Below, in pieces: positions 29,450-44,416 of a stretch of 64,000 nt of DNA. The notes below the pieces were generated by a model. That model saw nothing but the letters and a program-made list of their open reading frames with translations, was not told where the DNA came from and ran no database searches. Made by a program: the position numbers and the translations under genes. The DNA is from the human T2T-CHM13v2.0 reference genome, Homo sapiens: the NCBI RefSeq assembly GCF_009914755.1, contig NC_060926.1. The stretch is one strand, 5' to 3'. Positions within the stretch are counted from its first letter, which is position 1. The number at the start of each line of letters is the position of its first letter.

Positions 29450-30469
29450 AAGATGGGACAGGAAGAGGCCTGGGTGGACACATATGCATAGGATTCTATT
29501 GCTGTGGCTTTGCCAAGATTCCATAGGAGGGGAGTGTGCTGCCAAATGCTCATCAGAATCAGCGGGTTCCTCCTCCCCACTTCTGCCACCAGTGTGCTGA
29601 GGCTTCTAGCCGTTAATTAGCATGCTGGCATTGTTTGCCTGAGTCATACCTCCACAGCCCTCTTCTGATGGAAAACAGTGAAAAGATAAGTCAGATTTAA
29701 TATCAAACTAAAAGAAATGAAACATATTCGAACAGCTGTTTGTAAGTTGCATGTATCTTAGAAATCTTCTCTACCTCATTAAAAATTAATTAAATATTTA
29801 ACCATCTTAATTTAAAATTGAGCACATTGTCTCTGGAAGGTACCCATTCCCTAGAAGAGAGAGTCAATATTGAGAATGAGAGTGTCCAGTGAACTGCTGC
29901 TTCATGGTTTATTATTTTTTCTTTTCTTTGGCTTTTCAGATGAAGACATAGCTATAATTCTTATGTATTTCATTGGAGTGATAGCCCAGCAATGTCAAAG
30001 CTGTAGACCTAATGAAGCTGGGCATACATGATGATGTAAAAGCTTTGATTATGTGTCTCTACCTCAACTTGGGATAAAAGCTCTCATGGCAAAACAAAAC
30101 AGATAAACACAAAGTATTTTTTTTCCCTAGTCAAGGTTCATTTTTCAGCTTCTTTCCCTTGGATCTACTTCAAGGATGCCATATCTGAGACACTTTCAGA
30201 TTCTGCTATTTATAAGCTTTGATTTAGGAGGCTTGTTCTTAGGAATATCAAGCTGTCAAATGTCAGGTGCCTCTGGATTTATCTTTTTTTTTTTTTGGCT
30301 ATTCTCTTGCAACATGAAAGCTATCTAGCAAGGAACCTTCTTTGTCAGACGGCTCTTCTGAAAGTAGCACAAAATTAAAATATTAATAATAGCCACTTGA
30401 AACTAGTTAGGGAGGTACAGCATTGCAATGTCTGACACACTGTCCAGACTCCCTGTTTATCGTTCTGGA

Positions 30470-30808
30470 TGTTATAGAGCTCTGTCCAGCTTTCTTCTTC
30501 AAGACTGAGCCACTGGTTACCCAGCTGCTGGGGAGGACGTCAGTTCGTGGCTCGCCCACTGGCTTCCTCCCTGGCAATTGCCTTGGCCTAGGAGAGCTAC
30601 CTTCCCAGTATAACCTGACTTCAATAACTGGCAGACACAAGATTTAAAGGCCCAATACTCTCACTCCAACTGGGAACACCTGCAAGGGCAATCTATAGTA
30701 GCTTCAGAGTTTCCTGTGGAGTTGGTCCAGCCCTTTGTGTGACTGTATCAGACTTCTCCCTTGGTCCAATCCTGCTCTCTTTTTCTCCTATAGGTGTTAA
30801 TCCCAACA
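30470..30808 (+). mobile_element. LTR16C-type ERVL LTR fragment
   Basis: ccctggcaattgccttggcctaggagagctacc...aaaggccc...acttctcccttggtccaatcctgc...aggtgttaatccca. Confidence 0.72.
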
Positions 30809-30809
30809 G

Positions 30810-31165
30810 CAGGACCGACTACATGACTACATAATTTGCGGGACCAGTATGAAATGAAAACGCACACTGATTCTTCAAAAAGTAGGAAATGAAACGTATC
30901 CGAATAGCTGTTTGTAAGTGACATTAAAGGTACTAAAACATAAAGCTTTTCCCTTTCTTTCATGGGTTCTCTCTTCATCTGTCCAGACGTTTTTGTTGTT
31001 GTTGTTATTGTTGCTTAATGGCATTCTAGGTAAATAAATATTAAATGTTTAAAGTATTAGCATGAATTTTAGTGTTAATCTTTAGATTGTGCAATGCTTA
31101 TTTTAAAGGCAAACATAGAGCATTTAATTCATATTTTGAATCGTTGAAATTACACAATTCATTTC
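30810..31165 (-). mobile_element. MER45B/C-type hAT-Tip100 fragment (interrupted by MLT1A)
   Basis: Terminus caggaccgactacat...ataatttgcgggaccagtatgaaatgaaaa, followed by cattaaaggtactaaaacataaagctttttcc. Confidence 0.7.
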
Positions 31166-31530
31166 TGTAGTAGTCTGAATATTTGTGTCCTCCAAAATTT
31201 ATATGTTGAAAGCCAATCACCAATGTGATGGTATTAGAAGGCAAGGCCTTTGGGAGATAATTAGGTCATGAGGGCGGGGCCTTCATGAGTGGAATTAGTG
31301 CTCTTACAAAAGAGACCCTGAAGAACTCCCTTGCTCCTTCAACCATGTGAAGACACAGGGAGGGCCCCATCTATTAACCATAAAGCTGGCCCTCACCAGA
31401 CATCTGAATCTACTGACCCCTTGGTCTTGGGCTGCCCAGCCTCCAGAACTGTGAGAAATAGAGTTCAGTGGTTCATAAACTAACACCAGGGGATGGTGTT
31501 ATGCTATAGTGTCCTGAACAGTCTAGCACA
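31166..31530 (+). mobile_element. MLT1A-type solo LTR
   Basis: tgtagtagtctgaatatttgtgtcctccaaaattt...cagcctccagaactgtgagaaata...aca; 5-bp TSD atttc / atttt. Confidence 0.88.
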
Positions 31531-34393
31531 ATTTTTCATACCTCCTACATGTACTCTATTCAACTCTTCCCTTGTGCTCCCTTTATATCTCTATATACCT
31601 GCAGGTAAGGAATTTGGCCCAGAATTAAGTAGGAGAACATGAAGGTATGGTTTAGACAATCCTGGGTGGGGAGGTATGGAGAATTTATTAACATTGTTCT
31701 GAGAAATCTATATTATTTGTGATTCTATAGTAAGAGAAGCTTCCCAAGAGGCCAGAAATATTTAAAGGTTTCTTCTGAAAAGTGTACGCCAGTACATGGT
31801 ACACAACATTTGCTTATAAAAATATTTAAGATGTCTAACACATTTTGATTGAATGTAATATTTAGGTAATGTGAGCAGTTGTATAAATAATAAGCATCTG
31901 TATCAAAGTAATCCGTTTTGGGGAATAGTAATTTTAATTATTTATGGGCTAGATAAATGAGATTGGAACATATTTTTTATAAGGCATTATGCACCTTTGT
32001 GGAGTCCTTCTGCAGGTCTCAAAAATAATGAGCTATGTACAGTATCATTTGTCACCAATTACATGAATCAGAAAGTTATGAGTGTTTTCACATTTTCAGT
32101 GTTAGATACTTTAATTCCAAGGCACATTCCTAGTGTATATATCAATTCTATTATACTTCATTAACAGAAAATAGAAAGATATTTATCAAAGCATTACAGA
32201 AATAACTTTAGCAGAAAGAAAACATATGAATAGAATCTTCTGGGAAATACTTTAAGTTATATTATTTGGGAGGAAGTAATGATACTCCATTATTTAATCA
32301 TCTGAAGAAAGGAAATAAAATGTTTAAATCCCTCAGATTATAGATCTATAATACTCATTGCTGAATTAATTAACTTCATATTTATGTGCTTCTTTTGCTA
32401 CTAAGTCCAGCTTTTACCATATTTAGGATTCTATCTAAAATAAAAAATATTCTCCATTTTATGAGCTATAAAAGTGTATTCTTTTAAGAGGTATTTTACG
32501 GTCAACCCACACATAGCTCTTAGAAGAAGGCAAACCTAACATACCTAACTAGCTCCTGATACTTTTTATGTTTTCCATTTTGCTTGAATTTTAACAATGG
32601 TTGTCACCATCCAAATAAGGTTTTACTTCACATAAGCTATTGACAATTATCTTTCACTAGAATTACAGTCAGAATCCCAATTACCTTACTAAAATATTTT
32701 CTTCCTATTTATAAAAAAAAACATGGTTTTTTTGGCTTTAATATGTATACAGAAAAATTTTCAGGAAATGGTTATTCAGTTATAATCTAATACTTTATTT
32801 AGTGGGCAGCTTGGTTTTATTTAGAGGTTCTTATCATGGCATCATTGATTTTTCTAGAGCATTGATTTCTATTTTCCCCTCCTTTTTGATTTCTAAAGTT
32901 ACAGACTGTTTTCATAAGTTGTATCAATTTAATATAGTAAGGGGCCCTGTAAACAAGGGTTACTACAGGAGAATAGAAATATGAAATTAGACCACATCAC
33001 ACGTTTTTCTAACTTGATGAATTTTAGGCTGTCTATTATTACACAAATGGACCTATTTATGTATGGGGAAATGGGACCAAAGTCAAACCTTTAAAAACAG
33101 ACTTCTAGGAAAGCAGATTTTAAAGTTCACATGTGGAGTAAGTAAAAATTGAATGAAATGACTTATTAAAGGTACATCAAAGTTCTTAGGCCATAAAAGT
33201 TTTGATTCAGTATCATGAGGAAGTTCACATTTGATGTCAGGTTATTAAAAACAGAAAATGAAGGAAAAGCAGGACAAGCCAAACCTGAAGCTGGGACCAG
33301 CTGATGGAGTGAAGATATCTGTATCTATAGCTGTGTATATATATATACATGTCGATTTCTATGTATACATCTAAAGTTATTACCATGGAGAACAATAAGT
33401 ACAGAATGAGCAGTTGGTGAATATTATGCATATATAGGGCCAATTCAAGATAGGGGATATCTAATCAGACATGAGGACAGAGGACAGGCGAGCAGAATCT
33501 GGGCTTAGACAAAGCATTTATTCTGGGCATGAGACAATAGAGAATAGCAAAGCTAAGATTAACATCTTAGATTCAATATTGATAGAATATTTTAATAGAA
33601 GTACCATTGGGGTTAGATTATTTATATTATTTTAGGAGCTACCTGCTCTGATTATTAGTAACTCACTTGGCTGATGTATGCCAATATTTTGCAAAGCAGT
33701 CTCTACATGGGGTGTATTCAAAGACTATAGGGTATACAAACATGACATGACTATAGTCTTTCAACATATAGAAATATAGAAAATATTGTTTGGCTCAATG
33801 AGAGTTAATAAGCCTAAAGGTCCTGAATGGTCTTATATTGTACTCTGTATTTGGAACAGGCCACTGATCCTTCTCAAATAGGTTTAACTCATCTTCCAAT
33901 GTGAAAGTTTTTGTCCACAACATATAAAATGTCTACACTGTATTCACATATAATTAGAAGCAGGAGCTACTCCATATTTGTATGTAGCTTTGGACGTTGC
34001 CATTTATTTGATTGTGACAATACCTGTTGAGAAAGGGATCACTGGCATTATTTCCATTTTTTAGATGAAGAAATGTTTCAGAAATAATGTATCCATTAAA
34101 TTTCAAGTGCCTAATATAGGGGAAGGCAAGAGTACCAGAAATATATATTCTGATTACTGGATAAATACTACTGATACTAAGCAATCTTGCATTCACTAAA
34201 GCTACCAGATTCTGTTTGGCATCTATGTTTTTCTTGCTACTTAATTTTTTTGTTGCTTAATGAAAACTATATAAGGTAAAATTAACTAATGTAATTTACT
34301 ATTTAATGACCTTAGAATACTCAGGGTTTGATTTAGAAAATATCAATGATATCCATTCCATTCATAGAATAGAAGTAAGGGGACATTCTAACT

Positions 34394-34555
34394 CAGGCAT
34401 GGGTACATTTTTAACTCTGTAAAGGGACAGAGACGAAATAGTATAGGCTTTGCTGACCACATAGTCTGTGTTGCAAGTATTCAACTCAGCACAGACAATG
34501 CATAAGCAAATGGGCATGGTTATGTTCCAATAACACTTATTTACAGAAACAAGCC
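34394..34555. mobile_element. MER58A (hAT-Charlie MITE) fragment
   Basis: ctgtaaagggacaga...taggctttgctgaccacatagtctgtgttgcaagtattcaactc...atgggcatggttatgttccaataa. Confidence 0.8.
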
Positions 34556-35700
34556 TCTGCTCCAGATGGTAAAGTGAGCACCTTTTCTTACCATCAAATA
34601 CCTAAGTGGTCTCAAACACACAAAGAAAACTCTGTCCTACTCCTCATATTCTTTAGGGATTATTTTAATGGCATATACCTATATTAAATGGTTTCTACCC
34701 AGAAACCAATACATTTGATTGGAAAAATAAGGCTGATAAAGATGAAATCAGGTCACATATAAAGGAATCAAAACTATTGTAGAGATGACTTACACATGGT
34801 TATATACACAGTATTGACAGTGCATCCTTAATTAACTATTACATTATTATCTGAATTTGAGGTCATTTTAATGAAAAAAAGAATTTCTAGGAAAATTTTT
34901 TGCAATAATGTACATGAGTAATTAAATTGTTTCTAGAATAATATATTATTGAACTAATGAAAGTTTTATAAATTGAAAGAATAATCTTGGAATTGCTTAT
35001 TTGTTCATAAGTTCTAATGATAGATTAAAAAAGGTGTTCATGAAATATATGTGTATGTTTACAGCCTTGAGATTACTTCAATTTAAATCTTCACTATTTG
35101 ACTTTTTGATTTTTTAGGGTGGAGATTTTAGCAGAATAATAGCACATAATAGTAAATAATGATTGCATTTATTTTGTTTTTGAACTTTCTCTGAAATCCT
35201 TATCATCAAAGTTATTTTCTTTAGGTATTTTTTGACTATACAGTTTGAAAAATTAGTGCAATTTAGAAATGAATTCCCTTCCCCTATGACATCAGGCAAT
35301 AGCCTGAAAGAAAGGCTTTACACATAGCCAAGCCAAACAGGAAAATATACATATCCCATGGCGATTCTCTTCCTTTGTATTAAAAAAAAAGAAAAAAAAG
35401 CTAAGATGCTTTGATTAATGGCCAATTTTCTACCTAGCCTAATTTGTAAAACTACCTCTACCAATACACTCTAAAATCATATACATAATTCAATGATTTA
35501 TATTTAATCCAGTAATGTAGATTTTATCAAATAGTGAGAGAACTTAGGAAATACTATATCTAGGGCACACACATATATCTGTTTTTATGGAGTATTTTCT
35601 TCTCTTTGCAATATATGTAACATATGCTATATGTTTACTAATATTTTTTCACTTATAAATTTGTAGGCTTTTACATTTATTTGTGTACAATTTAAATAAC

Positions 35701-35856
35701 TTGTTTGATTATTTGTTTTTGAGACAGAGCCTTGTTCTCTCGCCCAGGCTAGAATGCAGTGGTCCAACAATGGGTCACTGCAGCCTCTAATTCCCGTGCT
35801 CAGCCTCAGACTCCCGAACTGCTGAAATTACAGGCATGAGCCATCATGCCAGGCTA
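35701..35856 (-). mobile_element. Monomeric old Alu (FRAM or AluJ right arm)
   Basis: gagacagagccttgttctctcgcccaggctagaatgcagtgg...gccatcatgccaggct; flanks aaataacttgt / aaatagtttgt. Confidence 0.8.
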
Positions 35857-35949
35857 AATAGTTTGTATAGTACACAAAGCATAATTAATTAAAATATGTC
35901 TGTAATCTCATTGTAGGCCATACACTGCTTTTTTTGGTTGATTTTCTGT

Positions 35950-36440
35950 GCAGCAGCCACTCCTCTTGACTTTCAGTATAGGAACAGCTCAGTGATTTTC
36001 CCATAGGAAATCATTACTTTCCACTTCTCATTTCATATGGTAAGGGAACACACATTTCACCCAGCTTAAGTACATCAGGTTTATTCCTTTCCCACAGGAC
36101 ACTGATTTATTTAATAATAAGCAGATGACCCAAATGGAACAAAGAAGGTCAAGTTCAGGACTTTTCCTGGAAATACTGGGAAACAGGTGTTTTCTTTCGA
36201 TGATGTCCTTCAACAACTCGGACATGCTCTTGTGTGGGCCCAACATAAAGAGTTTGAGAATAAAATCAAGAGAGGACAGAAGAGAACTGTGCACAGATGA
36301 CATAAATGAAATTTTGAGTTATGTAAGTAATGAAGCTCACTCTCCCTCATCCATTTACCTTTTTGTTTGTTTGTTTTTGGCTTAAGCAAATTGGAGAGTG
36401 TTTGTTATCACTTACAACTAAAAGGGTCTTTACTAGTACA
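35950..36440 (+). mobile_element. Old MLT1 (J/K/L-type) LTR
   Basis: 3' end ...ttggcttaagcaaattggagagtgtttgttatcacttacaactaaaagggtctttactagtaca. Confidence 0.65.
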
Positions 36441-36820
36441 CCCAGCATCTAGAGAAGGTCACTGGGAGCCATTTATTGTATTTCTTTCCAGTGGTTATGG
36501 ATGAATGTATGAATGCATTTGTCATTATGATTATTTTTTATAAAATTATATAAGAGTTTAAGAAAACTGAAAGTAAATTTTATCCTATATAGTTTTAATT
36601 AAACAATGATATATTACTAGTCAAAAAAACAGTTAAAATTATAAAGAACTTTTAGTCGCTAGAAAAGCAAAAATATCACTCTCCCCTTCAATTTAATAAA
36701 AAATAAAAATGGTAAATAGGACAATAGACGTAAAACACAGTAAAAACAATCTAATATAAGTAGTCTATAGAGAAGATAGAAAAAGGCTAAACATTTCAAT
36801 GTTAACAATACTATAGGCTG

Positions 36821-37453
<633 letters not shown>

Positions 37454-38419
37454 TTAAAATTCCATATAAAAGGGAAGACTCCATAATGGAGACATTATTT
37501 CATTTGATCAATTTTGAAAAGATTAAAAAATATTAGTGTTGTTACAGGTTCAATAAATATATCATTCTCATGTCACTAGAGGAAACTGAAATTGTTTTAA
37601 CCATTCCAGAGGACATTTGGTAAAGGCTATTGTGATGTAGAGGTTTGATATCTGTTTTATATTTAATTCTTCCTCCTGGAATTTGGGAACATTTTCTCCA
37701 GGTTGTAATCTGCACTATAGATTTAATATTGACCTTTTTCATTTCTAACTTTCATGAGCATATATCTAGCATCCCAAAGTATAGAACTCTGAAGGGCAAA
37801 AAACATAATACTTAATTTTATGTCCACAAAAGCTAGAAACTAGTTTCAAATCATATATTGTAAATAACTATTTTGATGCTAATATTTTAGACACACATAA
37901 TTTATGTAAACTTGATATTTCATTCCATCATCTTAAATAATTCATCCACAAAATAATTTATTACCTGACACAAAAATCACATATATTGAGTGATTTGGGA
38001 TAAGTGTCATTCACATAATAAAATTAGATAAACCACTATTTTATTTTATGTGATATTTATGTGAACATAAAAAATTTAGTATTGAAGATTAGAAAAGTAA
38101 TATTTTTAATTATGATGTGTAAGACATTTCTACTGAATGACTTTTATATATTTTATTGTTTAATTTTCTAATAGGTAGATTTAGTTATCATAATGCTCTG
38201 GACAGGGGAAGTAAAGTTTGGAGAGATTGTGTAACTTGTCCTTATTACATGGCTTGTGGAGGTGGAAATGAATGTAAACCCGACCATCTTATTCTCAATT
38301 CTGTATCATGAGCTCAACCAAATGGCAATACTATTACTCTGGCTCTGGGGAATTTAGTGGATAACTCTTCCATAGAGAGGGAGGAAACTGGGGTTGTGGG
38401 AATGGGATGACATATTAGT

Positions 38420-38650
38420 GGAGGCATTTGCTGAGCATGTGTGTTCCCGGCACCATGTCATGTGCTTTATGTATATTAGCTTCATGAATTCTCATAACCA
38501 CCTGACAAGCTGTGATTTCTTATTATACCAGTTTGAGACATGAGAAACTACAATTGAAAAAGATTATGAAGTTTTTCTAAGGTCACACGGATAGATTTGA
38601 AGCCAGGCTTTGAACTATGATGGTCATCAGAGCCTATGCACCTTAACTGC
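38420..38650 (-). mobile_element. MIR (a weaker one lies at ~38150-38320)
   Basis: ggcaccatgtcatgtgctttatgtatattagcttcatgaattctcataaccacc...catgagaaact...aaggtcacacgg. Confidence 0.78.
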
Positions 38651-39034
38651 AGGTTAATCTGCTTCAGAGGAAGAAAAATGTGAGCTAGGTGTTAAATAAT
38701 AAGAAACAATAAAATAGGAACAGTGACTCCTTGAGAAGAAAATAATATTGCTTAGTGATAGAAATATAATTAAGTATATATTAATCATTTCAACAAATGT
38801 AAATTCATTTACATTAAAATAGTATCGTAAAACTTTTCTAAAGTACCTATGCAAAAGTCAAATAATCCCTAAAATTTCTCCCCCTCCAAACAAGGGTAAA
38901 TATTGACTAAAACAAAACATATTTAGTTTATCTTATTTGATTAATATTTTTAACTTACTCAATATGTGCTTTTTGTTATTTGTCGGTCTAGAAAATGATA
39001 ATTATATTTTATGTACTCTGTTAAGCCTCTATAT

Positions 39035-39130
39035 CTGTGCTGTCCAATACAGTGGCCACTAGTCACATATGACTGTAAAACATTTGAAATGTAATTACCG
39101 AACTTGAGACAGGTATTTTTAAATTTTATG
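39035..39130. mobile_element. MER3/MER33-type DNA transposon end
   Basis: ctgtgctgtccaatacagtggccactagtcacatatgactg...catttgaaatgt. Confidence 0.72.
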
Positions 39131-42100
39131 TTGCTTTAATACATTGAAATGTGAAAAAAGAAGGAATATTTTTCCTTCAAACATAACTAGAGTTTTGGTA
39201 AGACTACTATTTATCCATTGCATCACATAAATATTATTGTTGTTTTGCAGTGTACATTTGGCTACCTGTATCATTTTTTGTATTACACATGAACACACAG
39301 CTAATCTAGTTGGTATCAACAGATTGATTCATTTAAATGATTATTTAATATTGTAATATGTTTAATTGAATATCTTATGCAGACAGTTATAGTGATACTA
39401 ATGATACTTAGGTAAATCAAAATTAGTAATAAAATTGAGGTACTTAGTGTTATTTTAATTATACCGTAATTGAATTATTTGAACAATTACAATTAATTTA
39501 GAATAATGATGCAATACTGATGCAGAATCAAGTGGAAATGCTGAGACTGGCAGATCCAACTGGAAAAAAATAAATGAAAAAGACTCGGTAAGAGGTATGT
39601 TACAGATTTCATAATAAATGGCAGTTTGGTTTGCTACAGAACAAAATGTAAAAGCTGTTTTTTAATGAAAAAAAGAATAGTAATGAAGTAAACAATTGGA
39701 GTGATTTTCAGCAAATAGGGAATTTGATATATTTTGTCTTAATAATAAAAAAGAATCAATGAAATTATTCAAAAGAAATAAAAATTAAATTTGTAACAAA
39801 ATATTTTAAATGGTTATTAACAGAATCTGATCTTTCAACTCTGGCTGACTATAAAATGGCTTAGATTCTTGAGTGAGTACATACACACAGAGTACCTATG
39901 CAAACACACACATTTTTAGGTGAAGAGATAGCAACTTATTACTTTATAAGTTTCTTAAAACAAAATTTTAAGTAAAAGAGTAAAATTGAGGTTTTTTAAG
40001 AAGTGACAGATCTACAATTAAGCCATCAATAACATTTGCTTATGAGTTAAAATCTTTCCTAACATATAAAGATCAATTGCTCCAACAATTTAAAATATTG
40101 CAAATATCTAATGAGTCATGCTATATAAGAGACGTGACTCAGTGAATATTTTGGTTGTATTTTGTCTTAGAGGACTTACAAATATTGGTGAAATGTTAAT
40201 TTGCAGCCTAAAACTCAAATTTGTAGAATCTTCTACACTTAACAAAGAAGTATTTTACCTGGATTTGAAAAATAAATTAATTCTATTATGAAGGACAGTA
40301 TCCTAGTTATGTTAAGAATAATCCAAATTTATTGGAATTTTAAAACAAGAGATGGATATTTCTTTTATTGCTTAATTCTACCATGTGATAGATATCAAAA
40401 TGTTGGTGCTCAGTGTTCTGAGGCAGATCCTAGGAAAGCGTCATGACTACCAATAAACCAATGCTTGTTGATTGAACTATGGAAATGTTTTAAAACAAAT
40501 TACTGTGCTCTTGTTTTCATTTCAAGATTCCTATTACAACAAAAGAAATTATTGCCAAATATTCAATAATCATAGACAGAAAGATAATACCAGCATTATT
40601 TACATTCTCTCATTGGTATCACCCTATATATAAAAAAGCTAAATTTGGCACTCCAAGGAAAGGAAAACTCATCTGCCACCTAGCTAGATTGTTATGAGAA
40701 TTTATGTTGACATTCAAATTTTTCATATACAAACCAAATAATAAAGATTTTATACATTTTCTACTATAAATCTATATGCAGAAGATTTAAATGGTAACCA
40801 AATAGTGTTAAATAAATTGACTAAGAAAGCTATAGAAAAAATTTGAAGAACATTTATTGATTTCAATACATTTAGAATTGTTTTTCAACTTACTCAATAT
40901 CCTTTGAATTCAACGATGATAATACTGAGTTGACACAAGTGTTACTGATATTACTTGGACAGACAGTTTTGAAACTAATATACATTCACTTCATGGTGAA
41001 ATAAAATATTCTGAAATAGATGATAATATTTTGAATATATTTTATTTAATGAAATATATCATTTAAATTTATTTCACAAATCTCTACTTTTTCAAAGTTA
41101 TTACTGGAAAATTTTTATAAATGATTGTTGCTTGCATTATATTTATATTGAATGGCACTACTGTACATCAGCTAAGGGGATTCTGATTGTTCGTCTGGCA
41201 TTGCCAATGAATAGATTTTTTATTTCTCTTTAATAATATTTGACTAGAAAATCAGAGAAAATTATGCAGATTCCTTTTGTATACCACTGTTTTTAAATAT
41301 TCAAAAAGCAAAGATAGTCATTACATAACTCTGGTTCAATATCTTGAACTCATAACTCATAACTCAAAGTCTTGAATAGTCATTCTTTGGACTTTTTCAA
41401 AGTACAGCACACAAAATTACTTTGCAAACTGAACAATATGATGCAACATGGAGTTGGAAAAACCCTATGTTTATTTATATGTAGAATTTCTGTAATTACT
41501 TAAAGGCATCTTCATTAAGTTGTCTGATTCTCTTGCGGATCAGTTTTCACATTTAAAATTCTTGTAAACCTTTTTACTTAATTCCTTTATCTATATCTGT
41601 TTTCTATACTGTGGGTTTTCCTTCCCATTTTACCCTCTTTTTACCTGATTAAAAGCTCTCTAAATATTTTGTTTTTAGAACTCAGTTAAATTGTGCCTAT
41701 GTGATGACTAGGAAATATAGCAAGGGACCATTTTGTAAATGTAGTCATGGCTACATGTTTGCCTAAATTGTCAAGTGGGCTAAATATATACACCTGCTTG
41801 CTTTGTGAAACTCATAGGAACTATCAGGGTGCTACACAGAACCCAATATCACTCTATTTCCTTCTTTTCAGTTTTGTGGAAAAAGTGTTTGAAGCAGTAA
41901 CAAAGCTCCCTCTCTCTTTGTATGTATAATGCTATGTTTCCACTGTGCAATGAGGGAATACATTGGGGAAAACCATTTTACTAGACTATATTTTTCTTAG
42001 TTACAGATAAAATAGTTCCTTTTCACACTTTAAGTCTTAAAAGACACCATGTTTATGTTTCTTTTATAACAGTGCAACTTTTCTGCTGACCAGGTCATGG

Positions 42101-42219
42101 GCCACAGCCCTCTAGTTTGCTACATTAAGCAATTTTTCATAGATAAAGATTGGGAATTTGAAACCACCTTGAAAGTATGTTTACCTTTTATTGAGCTCAC
42201 TTACTGCCCCTCTGCTTGC

Positions 42220-42284
42220 TTTTCTTCCTTCCTTCCTTTCTTTCTTTTCCTTCCTTCCTTCCTTCCTTCCTCTCTTTCTTTCTC

Positions 42285-42348
<64 letters not shown>

Positions 42349-42415
42349 TCATTTCTTTCCTTCCTTCCTTCCTTCCTTCCTTCCTTCCTTCCTTCCTTCC
42401 TTCCTTCCTTCCTTC
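42220..42415. repeat. Compound (CCTT)n/(CTTT)n polypyrimidine microsatellite
   Basis: ~195 nt of almost pure pyrimidine on the plus strand. Confidence 0.97.
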
Positions 42416-44416
42416 ACTGACTTTCAAGTCAGGTGCCAATTTTTAACAGGTCTTGTACTTTGTAATATTGCAATTGGCCCTGAGTGTGTAGAAAGGTTAC
42501 AATGTAAGGTCACTGATCTTGCTTTCAATTGTCTTCAGCTCATAAGTAGCCCCTTTGGCCAATATATGTTTGCACACATACATATGCATTGCAAACACAA
42601 GCACACACACAATTTATCCAATGCAGATCCTCCTAGGTCCTGTTGTTGATTTCCAATTGTGAATATAGTCATGTTCTTCATTTTAAAACATGCTTTGCAA
42701 AACCAAGATGACACATGGGAATTTTAGGAAGATATCCTGCAGGAGGTTCCTTGACATTTTCTTTTTGAAGCCTTGGGGATGCGTTAAATGACATTCATAA
42801 ACTATTTCTGAAAACAAAGTTCTATTTTGAGAGCCACCAAATGACTTCCTTCAAATAGTTTCATTTAATAAGAGTATGCAAATTTTAATTATGTTTCTAA
42901 GGAGACTGTGCCTAGAGTTCTGAGAAAAATGACAAGTATAGCAGTATTTGCATTTACATAGTATTTGCTTATCGAGCTAAAATATTTGAATAAATACCAT
43001 TATGTATGCCTAGATAAATTCCTGAAAGGAAGCATCTGAGTAACATGACCAGAGGGTTTAGTTTTTTCTGTTTATTCTTTTATTTTTTAAGGGGAGATTT
43101 TGTTTACTTTATGGATCCTAGAAAATGAGTAAATCTGCCTATCAGGAAAGAAGAAAAGTAAATTTATGTATCAAATATCATAAAGTAATAGAAAATATTA
43201 CGTTAATACTTTGCAACTAAAAGTTATAATGAAGATCATTATACAATCATAAAGCTATCTCCATTTTTTACATAATGAGTCTGTTTGGTATTCATTTTAG
43301 TTCTACACCATTCCCTGGCAGATCATCATGCTATAACTTTGTGATTTATTGTATTATTTCATTAATATAATTACCATATTGCTGCAAATAGAGAAGAATC
43401 ACTGCACAGTCCTCTTCCTGCTATAATTTGGATAAACTCTTTATTTCAATCATCTATCCCTATGAATATATAAACATTTTGGACTAAGTTGGATATTATT
43501 TTCTCAAATATATAAAGGAAAAACCATTTAATTATGAATACTACCATAATCCCCATTATGAATAAAGATATACTGATAAATCATAAAACGACATACCAAA
43601 AAAGCAACTATCAATAAAACATTGGTTACTGGTTTGATAACTTTGCTTTCCCTCTCTTTCATTGCATTAACTCTAATTTTAAATTTGGGTGCAAATCAAT
43701 GTTATTGATTGAATGTATTTTGAAAATGTCTCATATATTCCTGAGTTTTATTTCTTCTCGCTCCCAGAAGAAAATAGACTAGAGAATAAAATATGAGATT
43801 TGTTTGGGGGGCATATTTAGTCACTGAAACATAACTAATTTCAAAGCAAAAAGATATTACATACAATATGTATGCATCTGTATATAACTAATAACTTTAT
43901 ATCCTAAGTACCTAAAAAATAGTGATGATAATTTTTGCAGAAAGTGGAAGGCAGGAACGATTATGGAAGATTGAAATGAAAAAAGTATTTTTTTAAAATA
44001 ATGACTCAGAGAACATACCATGGATTATAAGATAGATATTACAGAATACAATCATAAAGGAAAGTTTTGTGAACACCTAGAAACATTGGAGAGCATTTTT
44101 TAAATTGGTTAGAATGTGTCAGGAGATTGTTGGCAATCGCAAATTGGAAAAGTTACTTCCTCAGTCCCAGATATGATCTAATACTTAAAATGACACCTGG
44201 TGGGAAGTCATTGCATGTAATAACAAATATTACCTCATACTTCTTGCAGGTAGATTCAATGACATAAAGGATAACATTACTGGAGAATGTTCTGGTAATG
44301 AGAATGTTTTGGTACTTCTGCTTTTTTGCTGCTGGGTCTTAGACACCATGATCAGAGATGTAGAAAATGGCTTGGACTGTAAAATTATACAAATAAAATC
44401 TCCAAACGAATGATAA

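Noticed and set aside
42097-42649. SFLP/KEGR-repeat ORFs resembling membrane or charged proteins
   Set aside because: Translations of the tetranucleotide microsatellite.
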